A DNA stretch of 64,000 nt from Takakia lepidozioides. Its lineage: Eukaryota > Plantae > Bryophyta. The stretch covers positions 84,382,001-84,446,000 of the forward strand of contig CM060731.1 in the NCBI GenBank assembly GCA_030704615.1, in the 5' to 3' direction. The notes below the pieces were generated by a model. It saw nothing but the letters and a program-made list of their open reading frames with translations. It had not been told where the DNA came from and did not search any database. Shown here in pieces: positions 36,663 to 48,535 of this stretch (within the stretch, counting starts at the first letter, position 1; each line of letters starts with the position of its first letter). Both the position numbers and the translations under genes were made by a program.

Positions 36663-38652
36663 GGATGGAAAAACGGCGCCGAATTTCCATCCAGCGGATC
36701 AAGTAGGATGCAACGTGGCCATCTCTCCGGCCGAGACGTTGTGGATGGATGGAAATTCGGTGCCGAATTTCCATCCGATGACGCCGGCAGGAGGTCGTCT
36801 CGGGGGGAGAGGCCGACACCTGGCTGACAGAAAACATCCCCGGATGGAAATTCGGCGCCAAATTTCCATCCGAGGCGCCGTCACTAGGCGTGTCGGGGGG
36901 AGAGGCCGGCACCTGGCCGACAGAGTACATCCATCGGATGGAAATTCGGCGCCGAATTTCCATCCGGGGCCCCCCGCAGGCGGACACGTCGCCGACAGAG
37001 ATCAGCCACCGGATGGAAATTCGGCGCCGAATTTCCATGCGGTGCCGCCCGGATGAAGTCGGCTGAAGGGGAGAAGCCGGCACCGGGCGGACAGAGACCA
37101 TCCCCCGGATGGAAATTCGGCGCCGAATTTCCATCCGGGGCCCCCCGCAGGAAGTCGTCTCGGGGGTGAGGCCGACACCTGGCCGACAGAAAACATCCGG
37201 ATGGAAATTCGGCGCCGAATTTCCATCCGGGCCGGTCGGTGAAGTCGGCTCGGGGGAAGAGGCCGGCAGCGGGCCGACAGAGAATATCCACCGGATGGAA
37301 ATTCGGCGCCGAATTTCCATCCGACGCCGGCCGGATGTTTGCGTTTGGGGCCCGTTCAGGAACAATTTTGTCCTTGCATGCAGTTTTACGCGTTTTTGGG
37401 TCTAATCAGACACAAAACCTCTAGTTTTGTGGCTGAACTCCACTTTAGCCACGTTTTTGGAAGGAATTCTTGTCTGCTACAGATAAATTCCTTGCCTCTT
37501 TTCCGTCCCGCTTACTTCCTACATGGAAATTTGTTGCAAATTTCCATCCGGCCGCGTTCCCGATTACATGCCGATGGAAATTCGGCGCCGGTTTTCCATC
37601 CTGCAGGGCACCAGTTTACTTGCAAGGTTGGAATTCGGCGCCGGTTTTGCATCGGGCTGCGATATCGCTTACCCGCAGGATGGAAATTCCGCGCCGAATT
37701 TCCATCTTGCAAGTAAACTGGTGCCCTGCAGGATGGAAAACCGGCGCCGAATTTCCATGCTGGGGATGTTCTCTGTCGGCCAGGTGTCGGCCTCTCTCCC
37801 CGAGACGACTTCCTAAGGGCGGCCTCGGATGGAAATTCGGCGCCGAATTTCCATCCGAGGATGTTTCCTGTCGGCCAGATGCCGGCCTCTCCGCTTGAGC
37901 CGACTTCATCCGACCGGGCCCGGATGGAAATTCGGCGCCGTTTTTCCATCCGGGGAGGTTTTATGTCGGCCAGTTGTTGGCCTCACGAGTTTCTTTGGGG
38001 GGCCCCGGATGAAAATTCGGCGCCGAATTTCCATCCGGGGGATGTTCTCTGACGGCCAGATGTCGGCCTCTCCCCCATCCGACCGGCCCCGGATGGAAAA
38101 TCGGCGGAGTTTTTCTATCAGAATTTCCATCCGCCAAGTAAGTCGGAGCGCGGGCAGATGGAAATTTGGCGCCGAATTTGCATCCTGCAGGTAAGTCGGA
38201 GCGCGGGCGGATGGAAATCCGGCGCCGAATTTCCATTAAGAGCGCGGGCGGATGGGCGCCGAATTTCCATCCTGCAGGTAAGTCGGAATGGAAATCCGGC
38301 GCCGAATTTCCATCCGGGGGATGTTCTCTGTCGAGCAGGTGTCGGCCTCCGATGGAAATTCGGCGCCGTTTTTCCATCCGGGGGATGTTCTTTGTCGAGC
38401 AATTGTCGGCCTCTCCCCGAAACGACTTCATCCGGCCGGCCTCCGATGGAAATTCGGCGCCGTTTTTCCATCCGGGGGATGTTCTCTGTCGGCCAAGTGT
38501 CGGCCTCTCCCCCCGAAACGACTTCATCCAACGGGCCTCGGATGGAAATTCGGCGCCGTTTTCCATCCGGGTGATGTTCTCTGTCGGCAGGTGACCGACT
38601 CACCCTGGAGACGAAATCGTCCGACCGGCCTCGGATGCAAATTCGGCGCCGC
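36663..38652. repeat. Intergenic array of type-B palindromes GGATGGAAATTCGGCGCCGAATTTCCATCC
   Basis: Starts at 36667, 36751, 36846, 36940, 37015, 37111, 37203, 37297, 37576, 37629, 37682, 37735, 37831, 37926, 38011, 38095, 38160, 38213 and onward. Confidence 0.95.
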
Positions 38653-39068
38653 TGTTGTATGTTTACTTTTGGCGGCGAGGTTCTGGCACTCAATCTTGTA
38701 ATCAGACCCACTGGAATGCCACCTCTGTCAGTTCCCTCTGTCCATGGGGAAGGTGCTTGCACGCTCGCGCCCCACGCTTCTTGTCAGACGCCGTAATGAT
38801 TGGTTTGCGTAGCGCATCTGCACAGGTCATATACCTTCTGACTGCATACCGTTGGCAGTTATTGCGCAAAGGCCAGGGGCCGCATTCCGCAGACAAGGTT
38901 CATTAACTCTCTGACAGTGGAATTTCGGGAGAGTGGGCTCCCCGGATTCGTGAATAGGCTTCGTCGCTTGCAAAAATCGGCCCTGCATTCCTTCCCCTCG
39001 CTGCATCCCCCCTTCTCCCAGGGCGCTTGTCCGAACGCCGTCCTGGCAGTCTTGTGTGCACAACTCCC

Positions 39069-42000
39069 ATGGCAGAAAACCCGAGCGCTATAGTGTACTG
39101 CCCTCCTCACGAGCATAGAGCTACATTTCCGTGCAGAGGGGAGATCTGCCGGGTGATGGAGAAATATCTCTGCGTTCGATACCACCTGAAACCGGGGTCG
39201 GTATTTTTGGAGGAGGAAAGGAAGGATTCAAACGGAGTTGTAGTCGAAAGTATTGTTGTGCTCCACGATGATTTCGGCGACGGCAGGGAATGGCGAGTTC
39301 CACCATCGGACAACGTCATATACAGGGCTGTTGGGGACTTCATTTGCCCCCCAAATGCGCCTTCTATCCTGCCGCCTTCCACGAAACAATCAGCGAATCA
39401 GAGAGTGGGTACCTCAAAGAGAGAAGTCCGCAACGAAGTAAATCCAGAGCCGAACCCATCAATGAAGACGAGCGAGAACCGGGTTGTTCACAACCTGTGT
39501 CCGACTCCGACGAGATCATGGAAGTTCCGAGATCATCCTGGAGATCAGGCAAGTCCTCAATGGACATCAGCGGACGAGGGAGTCATATTCCCAGCACGAA
39601 CACAGCAGTTCGATCCATTCTTGAAATTCTGCGAGGGCTTCACATGGAGGGACACCGCTCGGAGCTGGCTGGGCTGGACTACAGCAAGTTCGCCATTAAA
39701 TCCGTTACATGCCTTCCCGCAGACGTCGACGGTAATATGTTCTTTGAGTTCCCTCCTCGAACGGACTATTCGAGGGCGTCCGGAATGTTGACAGATATGG
39801 ATAGGAAACATGACGGTCATCCTTGGTGTCACCAAAACCACCAGCATGAAGATGCTCGTGGTGTGCGGGTGCAACCACAAGAGAAGGTTCCAAACTCCAC
39901 ATTTAAGTGTGCGCATTGCAAAGAACCACCACATTGCATGTCTGTTTGTAATGCCAAGCAGTTCTATGTGTTGCACCGTTTCCCTGACCTCACACGAGCT
40001 TGCATACACGTTGGTTCCCATTGTCACAAATTGGCGAGGGGGAACTCGCGGGAGGCTGCCCACGAGGCAGAGCAGCTCGTTCAGGAGGAGGTTAGGTTGA
40101 GACCTGGTGCCAAACCCAAACAGATACAGCTGCAGGCCGCCCATAAGATGGCATTGGCCAGAATTATGTCGGAAGACGGCTCCGACAGAGTTCCTCTCGA
40201 TGAGAAGGAAATGGAGGCATTGCTGGAGTCGGTGTCCCACGTCTGTTCACCGAATGTCCAAAACCACATTGTCTCCTGCAAACAGAAAATTGGGCGTGGC
40301 TCGGATATGCACTCCATTCTGGAGGTGAAGCGACGATGTGGATATGACTACATTCATGGAAGTAGGTTTCCTGGACAAGGGACTGAGGCAGATCGTTGTT
40401 TCGTATTCAAAATGTCCACGTGTGGGGCCTGGCAGCGGCGTCGAACTGGTCGACCGGATGACGAGTGGGGACTTGTCAAACAGTTGGGTCATGTTCGACC
40501 ATATCAAGCGAATTACAAATCACCAGTGGGTGACAATGGCTGCACATGTCTACGACACCCACTGCAGGATGCTAATGACAATTGCTATTTGTGAGATGAA
40601 AGAGAGGACACACAATCGGAGATGCTTCTTTGGCAGGGAATAAACGAACAGATGGCCAGGGCGGGATTGCCCCCTCCCAATTTCCGTGGTTTCATGGGGA
40701 CAACGCACAAGCAAATTGGGCTGCCATCCGAAGGGTGTACGGGGAAGACCCCAATGTTCCGATGGAAGGCAAGGAGAGATCTTGTGGTTCCATTTTCTGC
40801 AGAGCTTGTCGCAGTACACAACCCGGCTCGTGGCGCCAGATTTCAGAGAGGAGCACCGTTCCATGTGTCTTGCGTGGAAGCGTGCTCCCACCTTGGATGA
40901 TGCAGAGACACAATTTGCATGTATACGGGCTTGGTGGACAACGTCAGGTGCTGTAAAGAAATCAGACGAGGGAGCAATGGTCAGTTGGCTAGCATGGTGG
41001 CATTATCGTTTCCTCCAGTTCGGCGACTATATGCGGAGGTGAGTTGGACGAATTCGCGTCACGTTGAATATTATGCTACTTGTTCTTTGTAACTTGCTTG
41101 TAACCTCTGCATGTGCAGGAAATGTGTCTGGACTCCGACACCGACATGCCGACAACAAACATGGCCGAATCAGTACATTCTTCCTGGCGTGCCTCCTCTG
41201 CGGCGCATCTGGTGGACATCCTCACTGCCACAACGGAGGACATTGTCAGGTCAATTATGCAGCAATGCAGGTACAACGAGTTCTTGAAAGGGAAACAGTG
41301 GGCTTGGGGCCGGACAGGCAGGAAATGTTGATGCGGACTGCCTCCAGATCGAAGAATCCTCGCAAGTGGGCGGCAGCCTTGCGAGAGGGCCTTCGGGACA
41401 CGCCATTGCTTCGAAGAGGCCAACACTTGGAAGGAGATGTTCACACCCGTCCAGTGAGACGAAGACTTGACGAGGCACCTGGCGGAGAAGAGGATTCATG
41501 GCGAGCTGACAAGAATATTCGCACGCTCCCTCGTGGTCCCGTGATGTTGCCCGAGGAGGTCTCTCGAGCACCGCAAGTCCTGCACGTTCAAGATCGCCAT
41601 CTCCTTGAGCACAGGGCACGTGCCCGGGAACATAACGAGCCATCTGTAGTAACGAGTACAACATACCCATTGTGGAGACAAGAGTGTCGGAGTCACAGTG
41701 GAGAATTGCAAGGACATTGCCGGCATTTCGAGGGAAGTGCTGCGCCATCCGGGTGGATACGAGAGCACGCTGTGGTGAGATGATTCGGAGGAACCCACAC
41801 GGTGCTGTACCTGCACCTTGTTTCAGCGGCAGATTTTTGACTCCCACATTCTCTCACGCCACAACGCAGACGTTTTGGTTTGTAGGCACGACATAATGAC
41901 CTGTGTATTTGGCAAGCCCAAGTACGGGATTCAGGGAATGCCGGAGCCTCCGGGCGTCTGGCCTGTTGCACGGGTTGCAACCTCTCTCAGAATGAGGCGG

Positions 42001-42519
42001 ATGCTCTTTCTGCACAGGATTTCGAATGGGTGCAACGTCCCGGCCCACTCGTTTCCAGTTCCTCAGCCAGCCATTGCAGGCTGCTCCGTCCAGTAGAGAC
42101 GGATTGGACAATTCTGCACATCCCACAATGCGATTCGGAGAGTGAAGAGACGTACACCCTCCCAACAAGTTGAATGAGACTCGGATTGCCAATGCTCTTG
42201 GGATGGCTTGCACTATTCAGAGCTCTGTGGCCGTACCCCCACCCGGCCTTGGGCGTGTTTATCGGATGGCAACGGCCGGCTCAGCTGTACGCGACGACGT
42301 ATACACAATTACGATTGGAGTGGAGCCGACTTGCAATTGTACGGACTTCTCGTTGATGGAAGCAAAGAAGGGGTCAAAGTATTATCGTGCAAGCATCTGT
42401 ATTACATTTACCTGAAGAGGTTGAGGATGAACTTGACTATTGATGACTTTATTCATGCACCAGCGTTGAGCGTGAACGAGCTGCACAAACTCCTCCGCCG
42501 GGATTCCAGAAATCATTGA
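39069..42519 (+). pseudogene. Subfamily-B MULE transposase with SWIM finger; frameshifted, partial deletion in the N-terminal Zn domain
   Basis: SWVMFDHIKR, FRGFMGDNAQANW, TNMAESVHSSW, CNCTDF..CKHLYYIYLK. Intron at about 41039-41118. Collinear with 7769-12106. Confidence 0.88.
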
Positions 42520-42795
42520 TGGGGAAAAGAGAATCCACCATATGGATATTTGCAATTGCATTTTTATGCATTAGACCTTGTTTTGCAGTGTAATGAATTG
42601 CACCCCAAAACTCCTGGAATGAGACAGACAATATTAAAGTGATGTCTTTTAAACACTAGGGACTGTTGGATATCCGTTCACGTCCAGTGGCAATTCAATG
42701 TCGAAATAGAATCAATTCAAAGATGGCGGCAGGAAAAATTTGCAAATCTTCCAGAAAACTGAGTTCCAACAGTTGCAGTTGAGGGGACCATTTCT

Positions 42796-43115
42796 GGAAA
42801 AATGGCGCCGAATTTCACTTTTTTGGGCCGAAAACTGGCTAAGTCCCAACATTGTCTGGAGACGATGTCTGGAAAAATGGTGCCGAATTTCCAGTGACAT
42901 GGCCCAGAACTGCCCAACATTTGTGCAATGCCCGGAACCATGTACCGAAATTCGGCGCCACATATCCAAATTTTGGGCTTACACTTCAATGAAGTTGGGA
43001 CCTATAACCGCGAAATTCGACACCATTTTTCGCCGGAGTCACCTATTTCCGCGCAATACGTCGCCGATTTTTCTGCTTGCGGAACCTATTACCGTGAAAT
43101 TCGGCGCCATTTTTG
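42796..43115. repeat. Right subterminal cluster of five type-B sites
   Basis: Near 42796, 42871, 42946, 43011 and 43095. Confidence 0.8.
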
Positions 43116-43354
43116 CAGATGTCGCTCGGAATTCGCATGAGCGGAAATCGAAATATCATGAGCACGGCTCTCAAAACTACAATTTCTACTTCAAAAAATG
43201 AATATTATATGGGTTTTTCTGACACATCCCATTAAAATAATGGTTTTTAATGTTTTTTATTTGCGGAATTTGTACTTCTGCTCATGAAAACCGATTGTCT
43301 TACTACTCCGCTCATGCCGCTCATGCCGCTCATGCTCATGAAATAGCTAACCTC

Positions 43355-44215
43355 TGTCCTTGCCAGCAGAGGCAAAAACACAGAGGCGGGAATTGCGAAG
43401 TGGACCCGCAAGAGTGTTGTCCCAATTCTGAAGAAGAAGTGGACGTGCATCAACACATTGGGCCTTCGCTTGGAGGGGGAGAAGGTATTTACCACGTATG
43501 CAGATTTTGGTACCGCTCTGTTTTCTGAAGTTTCAATTTGTCCAGTATGTTAAGAGCCATGTGTGCATAATGAGTGGATGTCCTTGTCTCAGGTGCCTCA
43601 ATGTGGGCTGGCCGGTTTTCCGACCGGCACGTCTTTGCCTTCGAGGAGGATAGAGCCGTGTGGGGATCCCACCTGGAAGGGCTTCAACGACTGCCGGCGA
43701 AGGTTGCCATTGCAGCCAATGACTCTGAGGAGGATTCTTCGGACGAGGAGGAGGAGGAGACATTGGACATTGATGCTGAGGAGAACCCAGAATACGGGTG
43801 AGTGCAATCATTGTAAGTTTGCAAAGCCTTCTGGGTCATTCTTTCATTCACGTCAATGTCGGTTTGTGGTTCTTATTGGTCCGAGAAACTGATTGTTATG
43901 TGTAGGATTCCAAGATCTGCGTCGAAATCAATGGCGCCTCCATTTGTTGCCAGGGAGAATGTCCCGTTCTTTGCCAGGTCGGGCTTTCTCAAGAGCCCAG
44001 TGAAGGACTACTCTCTTCCTAGTTATGTAACTAAGCTTGCAAGGACAACAATCAGACGATGTGAGAATCCCAGTAAAGTAGAGCTGATTTTGGATCGGGC
44101 TAGAGAGGAGAGAAGGAAGCGGAGAGAGTTGCCTGCAACTCAGACAAGTAGATGCGTCCAAAAGTATGTATGCAATTCCGCGGAAGAGAGCGATGCAGAC
44201 CAGGAGGACGACAAA
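43355..44215 (+). pseudogene. 3' remainder of the A-type cargo gene interrupted by element B (motif-I exon deleted)
   Basis: ASRGKNTEAGIAKWTRK..; GASMWAGRFSDRHVFAFEED; ENVPFFARSGFLKSPVKDYSLPSY. Confidence 0.85.
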
Positions 44216-44490
44216 CATGATGTGGCTGGGCTTCACCCCCTCCCCCATCATTTGCTCATAGGTCTCCAAAGCCTCCATCCCATGTCCCTGCTGTGCATAT
44301 CGTGCAAGCATCGCACTCCACGACACCACATCTAATTCAGCCATAGTGTTGAACACTCCCTTTGCATCCTCGATGCACCCACAGTTTGCATACATGTCCA
44401 CTAGGGTATTGTTCAGAATGACATTTGGTACAATTCCAGCTCTGAAGATGTCGCCATGGACCTCTTTCCCCTTTTCCAGAGCTGCCAGGG
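44216..44490 (-). pseudogene. PLS-class pentatricopeptide-repeat gene fragment (about 3 motifs)
   Basis: LEKGKEVHGDIFRAGIVPNVILNNTLVDMYANCGCIEDAKGVFNTMAELDVVSWSAMLARYAQQGHGMEALETYEQMMGEGVKP. Confidence 0.88.
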
Positions 44491-45587
44491 CAATGTTCAG
44501 CCAAGAGCCCACATTTGCAGGATGGACAAACTTCTTCACATTGTACATTAAGAAAAAGCCACACCTTGCGATTGCGGTTGTCCCACCATCGTGAATGATC
44601 TTTAAAAAACACATGTCAGGTCTGCTCTGTGCTCCGCGGTTGTCCCACCATCGTGAAGGAGCTTTTAAAAACTCTGCTCCGTGCTCCCAGGTCTGCTCCG
44701 AGGTTTGTGCTCGAAAATCCGACAACATCAACATTTTGACAAGGTCCTTTACTGAGGGGTGCTAGTGAGCTTTCAACAACATTCATGCAAGTTGTAATTT
44801 TGGGCTGGACATTGGGCTCTACACGATGATGAACAACGAACATGTCCAGATTTACACAGATGCTAACCCAGCTTATGTTTGCAGTCTGGAGATTGTAGAG
44901 TGGTCTCTGAAAACGACCAATGAGGAAGACGAGTCTTTTCTCACGTTGACAAGGGTGATGTGCAGCAAAATGTTAGGCTTGAATCCATTTCGGAAAATGT
45001 GAGCGTCGTGCACCGCCTCCATCTGCTCTTTGTCGCAGCTCATTAAGCTCCTATTGCAACAAAAATATGCGCTCTTTCAACGTCAGATTCTCGTCCTCCA
45101 AGTATGTTATGTGACTCTCCTGCTCTGCAAGGCGAACTTCGGGGGCTACTATTTCATGAGCCATGAGCCATGAGCAGAGTCGTAAGTGTCGAAAAAAACA
45201 TGAGCAGGACTATTTTCCGGAAATGAGTGTCCGCGGGAATAGGGTTTAGGGTGTCACGGTCATAGGGGGAGAAGGACCTCCCGATGAAGGAGGTTCGGCA
45301 ATGTTTTTTAGAATTACATATTGAAAGGCAATGTTTCGCGAATGGTAGGGTGGTACTGCTCTGTACAATGGGGGCCCATTTCAGCCTACCAGCCACTTGC
45401 AAAATCCACCCACACTCCTAGTCCCAAACAAAATGAGGAATGATGCATTATGGGAACGATGGATACAGAATAGAACAAAAAGAGGGCACAATGGGGTTTT
45501 TATTGATCCACATGAATTGCATTTGAAGCACGTCTACTGTGCTGATTGTGCAAACAAATCTTTAGCCTTGTGCCTTCTGAATACAAG

Positions 45588-46139
45588 TCACGTTGTCAAT
45601 GGGACTTCGACTGCTCTGAGAACTAGCTCATGAGTCATCGGGCTCCTCCAGGTAAACTGGATTGCAGCCGTTGTACCGCCCCTGTTGATGTTCCCCACAA
45701 TGTCGTGCCCTTCAATCATACCACCATCGAATATGGAAAGCTTCACGTTTTCGTCGTCCACACCAATGCGAATGTCCCCATACAATGGAGAAGAGGAGCG
45801 CACTCCTTCAGGAGTATACGTCTCTCCGATGGAATCCACCCACGTCCACTGGCAGCAGTTCCACTGCAACAGCATAGCAGTGCCTAGGTGCCCGTCGTAG
45901 CTGGGAAAATCAGAATCAAGGATGCGCAGGAGCCACGGACTCCTCAGACCAAGATCGTCACCCCGCTCGAAGGCGTAGTGGCCTGGGATATACTCAAAAG
46001 CGGACAATGTTTCCACATTCGAACCAGTATCTTCTGTGGAATCTGTGTACCAGATAACAATGTCTCCCAATGTGGCCGAATACATTGCATAATCAAAGCC
46101 TCCATAAGGGCAGTCGTCCCGGTTCTGGAAGCACAGCAT
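45588..46139 (-). CDS. Orphan cargo protein X (183 aa from the Met of MLCFQ), unknown function
   Basis: Intact frame. Aligns end to end with paralog Y: DCPY.G.DYAM, GDI.IW, EY..G.Y.FERG, PW.L.I.D, WNCCQWT, YGDIR, DGGMI.GHDIV, ELVLRA.EVP. Confidence 0.75.
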   Translation of the reverse strand: MLCFQNRDDCPYGGFDYAMYSATLGDIVIWYTDSTEDTGSNVETLSAFEYIPGHYAFERGDDLGLRSPWLLRILDSDFPSYDGHLGTAMLLQWNCCQWTWVDSIGETYTPEGVRSSSPLYGDIRIGVDDENVKLSIFDGGMIEGHDIVGNINRGGTTAAIQFTWRSPMTHELVLRAVEVPLTT

Positions 46140-46695
46140 CCTTGCAAAGGAGGACCTGAGGACGTCTTTGATGCCGATGACAATGACCTTGCGGACAGCA
46201 ACGAAGCCCTTACATTTTTGGAATGATGAGAAGCAGAAGAGCAGTGCGGGCTCCAATAATGGAGCATCTGGGTCCCACGTACCCACCAATCATTGTGTAA
46301 CGTGTTGATCACGCCAGCGGTGGATGAACCGATACCTCTTTCTCATCCACGGGGTATAGTTTGAAATCTGCCACCGAAGTCCATCCCCCGGATAGAAATT
46401 CGGCGCCGCATTTACATCGAAGGGGGGATGGACTTCGTTGTCTCGAGTGGCTATAGGCCCACCTGGCACTTACTGCCCATAGTTTGCATGGCAGGGAAGG
46501 AAACTGAAACGGCTACATTCATGGAGCAGCCAATCTTCATCCGTGCAGGTTCCTGTAGGGGGGAAATTTAAATGTGCCCTGGAGTGTTTGTGAGGAATTG
46601 CAGCGTTTGCTTGAACTTCTTCCAGCCACCGCGCTGCTGCCTCTCCATCCGAGAGCTACTGTCATTGAGCGTACTCCGCTACTCTTTTTTCAAGG

Positions 46696-47274
46696 ATGTC
46701 GTGCCGTCGAAATCCTGCAGACTGCCCTTATCATGGCCACGATTATGCTATGTTCAAACCAGAATCAGGAGACATCATTGTCTGGCTCTCTGTTTTCACA
46801 GACGCTTGTGGAATCAAGCGGGAGTCTTTGCGCGCAATGGAGTATTTGGAGGGCTATTACCACTTTGAGCGAGGTGAGGGCGAGGGTCAATGCGGTCCGT
46901 GGGTCCTGCAAATTGTTGACCTCGATATACCAAGGTGGGTTGGGATGCCGGACAGATCACGCACGGCCTCCCTTTGGCGCTGGAACTGCTGCCAGTGGAC
47001 CAGGGAGGACGGCACCAGGGAAAACTATATTCGTGGAGTTCACTCCGCTCTTCCAGTGTATGGAGACATTCGGCTGAGTTGCGAAGACGAATCGCACGGG
47101 CACATGAGGCCCACAGTGACCTTGTCAATGTATGATGGTGGTATGATTGATGGGCATGACATTGTCGTCAGCTCCACCAAGGGCACTGGATCGACCGCAT
47201 TGCAGTTTACCTCGAGGTGCCGCATCAGTAATGAGCTTGTTTTGAGGGCTATCGAAGTTCCGTCGACTTGGTGA
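46696..47274 (+). CDS. Orphan cargo protein Y (192 aa), paralog of X
   Basis: Intact ATG-to-stop frame. Protein motifs are shared with X despite divergent DNA. Confidence 0.78.
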   Translation: MSCRRNPADCPYHGHDYAMFKPESGDIIVWLSVFTDACGIKRESLRAMEYLEGYYHFERGEGEGQCGPWVLQIVDLDIPRWVGMPDRSRTASLWRWNCCQWTREDGTRENYIRGVHSALPVYGDIRLSCEDESHGHMRPTVTLSMYDGGMIDGHDIVVSSTKGTGSTALQFTSRCRISNELVLRAIEVPSTW

Positions 47275-47545
47275 CGCCCATGTAGAGGAAGGGCTTAGAT
47301 TTGTCTGGAGTTGCTAAATGTGAGACACCGTGTTCGATCAATAAAACACCCATCGTACCTCACTTCTGTGTGCTTGTGTTTCATTGTGTTCAAGAATTGC
47401 CGTAATGGGCCCACTGTTTACAATTTGTGGTCTCGTTTCTACAATATGTCTGTCCATATGAATATACCAGAGTCAGCGATAGCAGAGTTCTGAGGTGAAG
47501 GAAATCCATGTATGAGTAAAAGGAAACATGTACATGCCGAAGCTC

Positions 47546-48535
47546 GGAAATTCGGCACCGCATTTCATTTTTATCCATGCAGCGATTTCTGGCAGCGATT
47601 TCTGGCATTGTGGTCGTAACGGAAATGTTGTACCGCATTTCATTTCTTGATATGGCATTACCATACTTCGAATTGGAAATGCGGCACCATATTGGACCTT
47701 GAATTGTCCAAGCATGTCCAATCGCTAATGCTTGTCCATGTCCATACTGGAAATGCGGCACCGCATTTCCGAAGAGCACAATGGAATGTGGTGCCGCATT
47801 TCCGTTGAAGGGTCTGGAATTGGACAAACAACGATATCCGTTCTGAAAATGCGGCACCGCATTTCCATGGCCGTCATCAAAATTTCGTATTGGACAATGG
47901 AATGCGGTGCTGCATTTCCGTCCAACAAGACGGAATCCCACACGGGTCTGGAATTGGACAAACAACGATGTCTGTTTTGGAAATGCGGCGCCGCATTTCC
48001 ATGTTTGGCAATCGAAAGTTCTTATTGGACAATGTAATTGCCGCATTTCCGTCCAGCACGATGGAATGCGGTGCCGCATTTCTGTCAAAGGGTCTGGAAT
48101 TGGACAAACAACGATGTCCGTTTTGGAAATGCGGCGCTGCATTCCATGTACGTCATCGAAATTTCTTATTGGACAATGGAATGCGGTGCCGCATTCCCGT
48201 CTAGCATCATGGAATGGGGAGCCACATTTCCGTCGATGGGTCTGCTGTTGGAAAAACGTCCATCTCCAAAATGTAATGCGGCACCGCATTTCCATGTTCG
48301 ACCTCCGCATGCGGGGTGGCATATCCATTTACCTCCATGGAAGGAGCTGGCAATCGGCAAAACAACGGAAATGCGGCACCGCATTTCCGTTCGGCCGATT
48401 TGTTTCTGATGTCCAAACCATGAAACGGAAAATTGTTCTTGCCCCGGTTTTGGAAATGCGGTGCCGCATTTCCAAAGGAGGTTTTTGCAGTTGCCACATT
48501 TCCGTTCCAACATGGAAATGCGGTGCTGCATTTCC
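47546..48535. repeat. Left subterminal array of type-A palindromes
   Basis: Sites near 47546, 47621, 47675, 47749, 47782, 47845, 47898, 47979, 48062, 48125, 48177, 48367, 48452 and 48514. Confidence 0.9.

Larger units (their letters stand above)
29090..43354. mobile_element. Complete 14,265-bp Mutator-like element, subfamily B
   Basis: Termini GGGGGTTGCTATTTCATGAGC / GCTCATGAAATAGCTAACCTC. Exact 8-bp TSD TGTCCTTG (29082-29089 and 43355-43362). Removing the element restores the interrupted reading frame VVVLASRGKN. Confidence 0.95.

Noticed and set aside
43928-44734. 268-aa ORF as an intact PPR gene
   Set aside because: It is chimeric: only about 90 aa are PPR, and the C-terminal remainder is antisense cargo-gene sequence.
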